A DNA stretch of 63,486 nt, filler included, from Octopus bimaculoides (taxonomy: Eukaryota), in assembly GCF_001194135.2 (NCBI RefSeq). It is 5 parts of 4 records of this genome, joined end to end, with 100 filler letters (N's around TTAATTAATTAA, not from the genome) between each part and the next. Parts side by side here need not be neighbours in the genome. Positions count along the whole stretch, not along the records: positions 60,674 to 63,486 come from NC_068987.1; 4 more parts are not named here. One strand, given 5' to 3'. The notes beneath the pieces were generated by a model. It was not told the origin of the DNA, made no database searches, and was given only the letters and a program-made list of their open reading frames with translations. Below, in pieces: positions 62,874 through 63,486 of the stretch. Made by a program: the position numbers and the translations under genes. Every line of letters begins with the position of its first letter. The stretch's first letter is position 1.

Positions 62874-63486
62874 GTACACACATAAATATACATGCATACG
62901 TATACGTATACATGCATGTGTATGTATGTATATATCTGTATGCATAACGCACATGGTTTCGTAACATTTGTCCCCATTGTCGTAGCATCACGTAATTCTT
63001 CTAAGAAGACAGACATGTTCATTAGCAAATACAATGCGATTCTATATTTGATGGCGTAACATTCGTGCTTCAGCAATAGAGTTGAAATTTAGAGAGAAAC
63101 AGATGAAAATGGGGATTTAGATGAGAAGAAAATGAGATTGAAATACATAGAAAGCATTTTATTTACCATTATCTTCTCTCTTTTGTTGTTTTTTCATACG
63201 ACGTTTGTGTAATTTCACAAAGCTGCAAAGATTCTTATGTCATGCCACCCCTGAACACACACACACAGACATACACACACACAGACACACACACACACAC
63301 AGACACACACACACACACGTAAGTAATGTTTGAAAAGATACTTAGGTACACAGTTATACAAACATATGTATATATGAATAAGTGTATATATATATATATA
63401 TATGCATACAGATATATACATACATATACATGCATGTATACGTATACGTATGCATGTATATTTATGTGTGTACGTGTATATATATA
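62861..63486. repeat. ~85-bp near-perfect inverted repeat at both ends of the last contig (62861-62946 / 63401-63486)
   Basis: The reverse complement of 63401-63486 matches 62861-62946 with one mismatch. Confidence 0.92.

Noticed and set aside
16507-63076. The longest ORFs in the track (200-390 aa, poly-X)
   Set aside because: They span N-gaps; their length is an artefact.

Overview
This is repeat-saturated eukaryotic nuclear DNA, most likely from a draft octopus (coleoid cephalopod) assembly. That call rests on the tRNA-headed SINE families I recognise and the extreme (TA)n/(CA)n/(AAT)n/(GATA)n density; I could not check it by search. I found no confidently identifiable host protein-coding gene, rRNA, real tRNA gene or CRISPR array. 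Nearly all ORFs in the supplied track come from microsatellites or N-gaps. Decodable content is a transposon graveyard: a near full-length mariner (7824-9063), plus fragments of RTE, CR1-like and R4/Dong-like LINEs, a Penelope GIY-YIG endonuclease, a Helitron helicase, piggyBac-like and Tc1/pogo-like MITEs, and at least four SINE-like families. Four artificial 100-bp spacers (44 N + TTAATTAATTAA + 44 N) divide the window into five blocks. The blocks alternate between CpG-depleted and CpG-retaining, which suggests separately assembled pieces with different methylation histories. The most interesting signals are: (1) a (TA)n-associated Penelope-like terminal repeat carrying a minimal hammerhead-ribozyme-like motif with a non-canonical core, (2) an RTE LINE with a twin-priming-type 5' inversion, (3) a ~200-bp inverted repeat pair with one arm split by the mariner, and (4) several long fold-back hairpins. 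Many boundaries are approximate to within about 10-20 bp.
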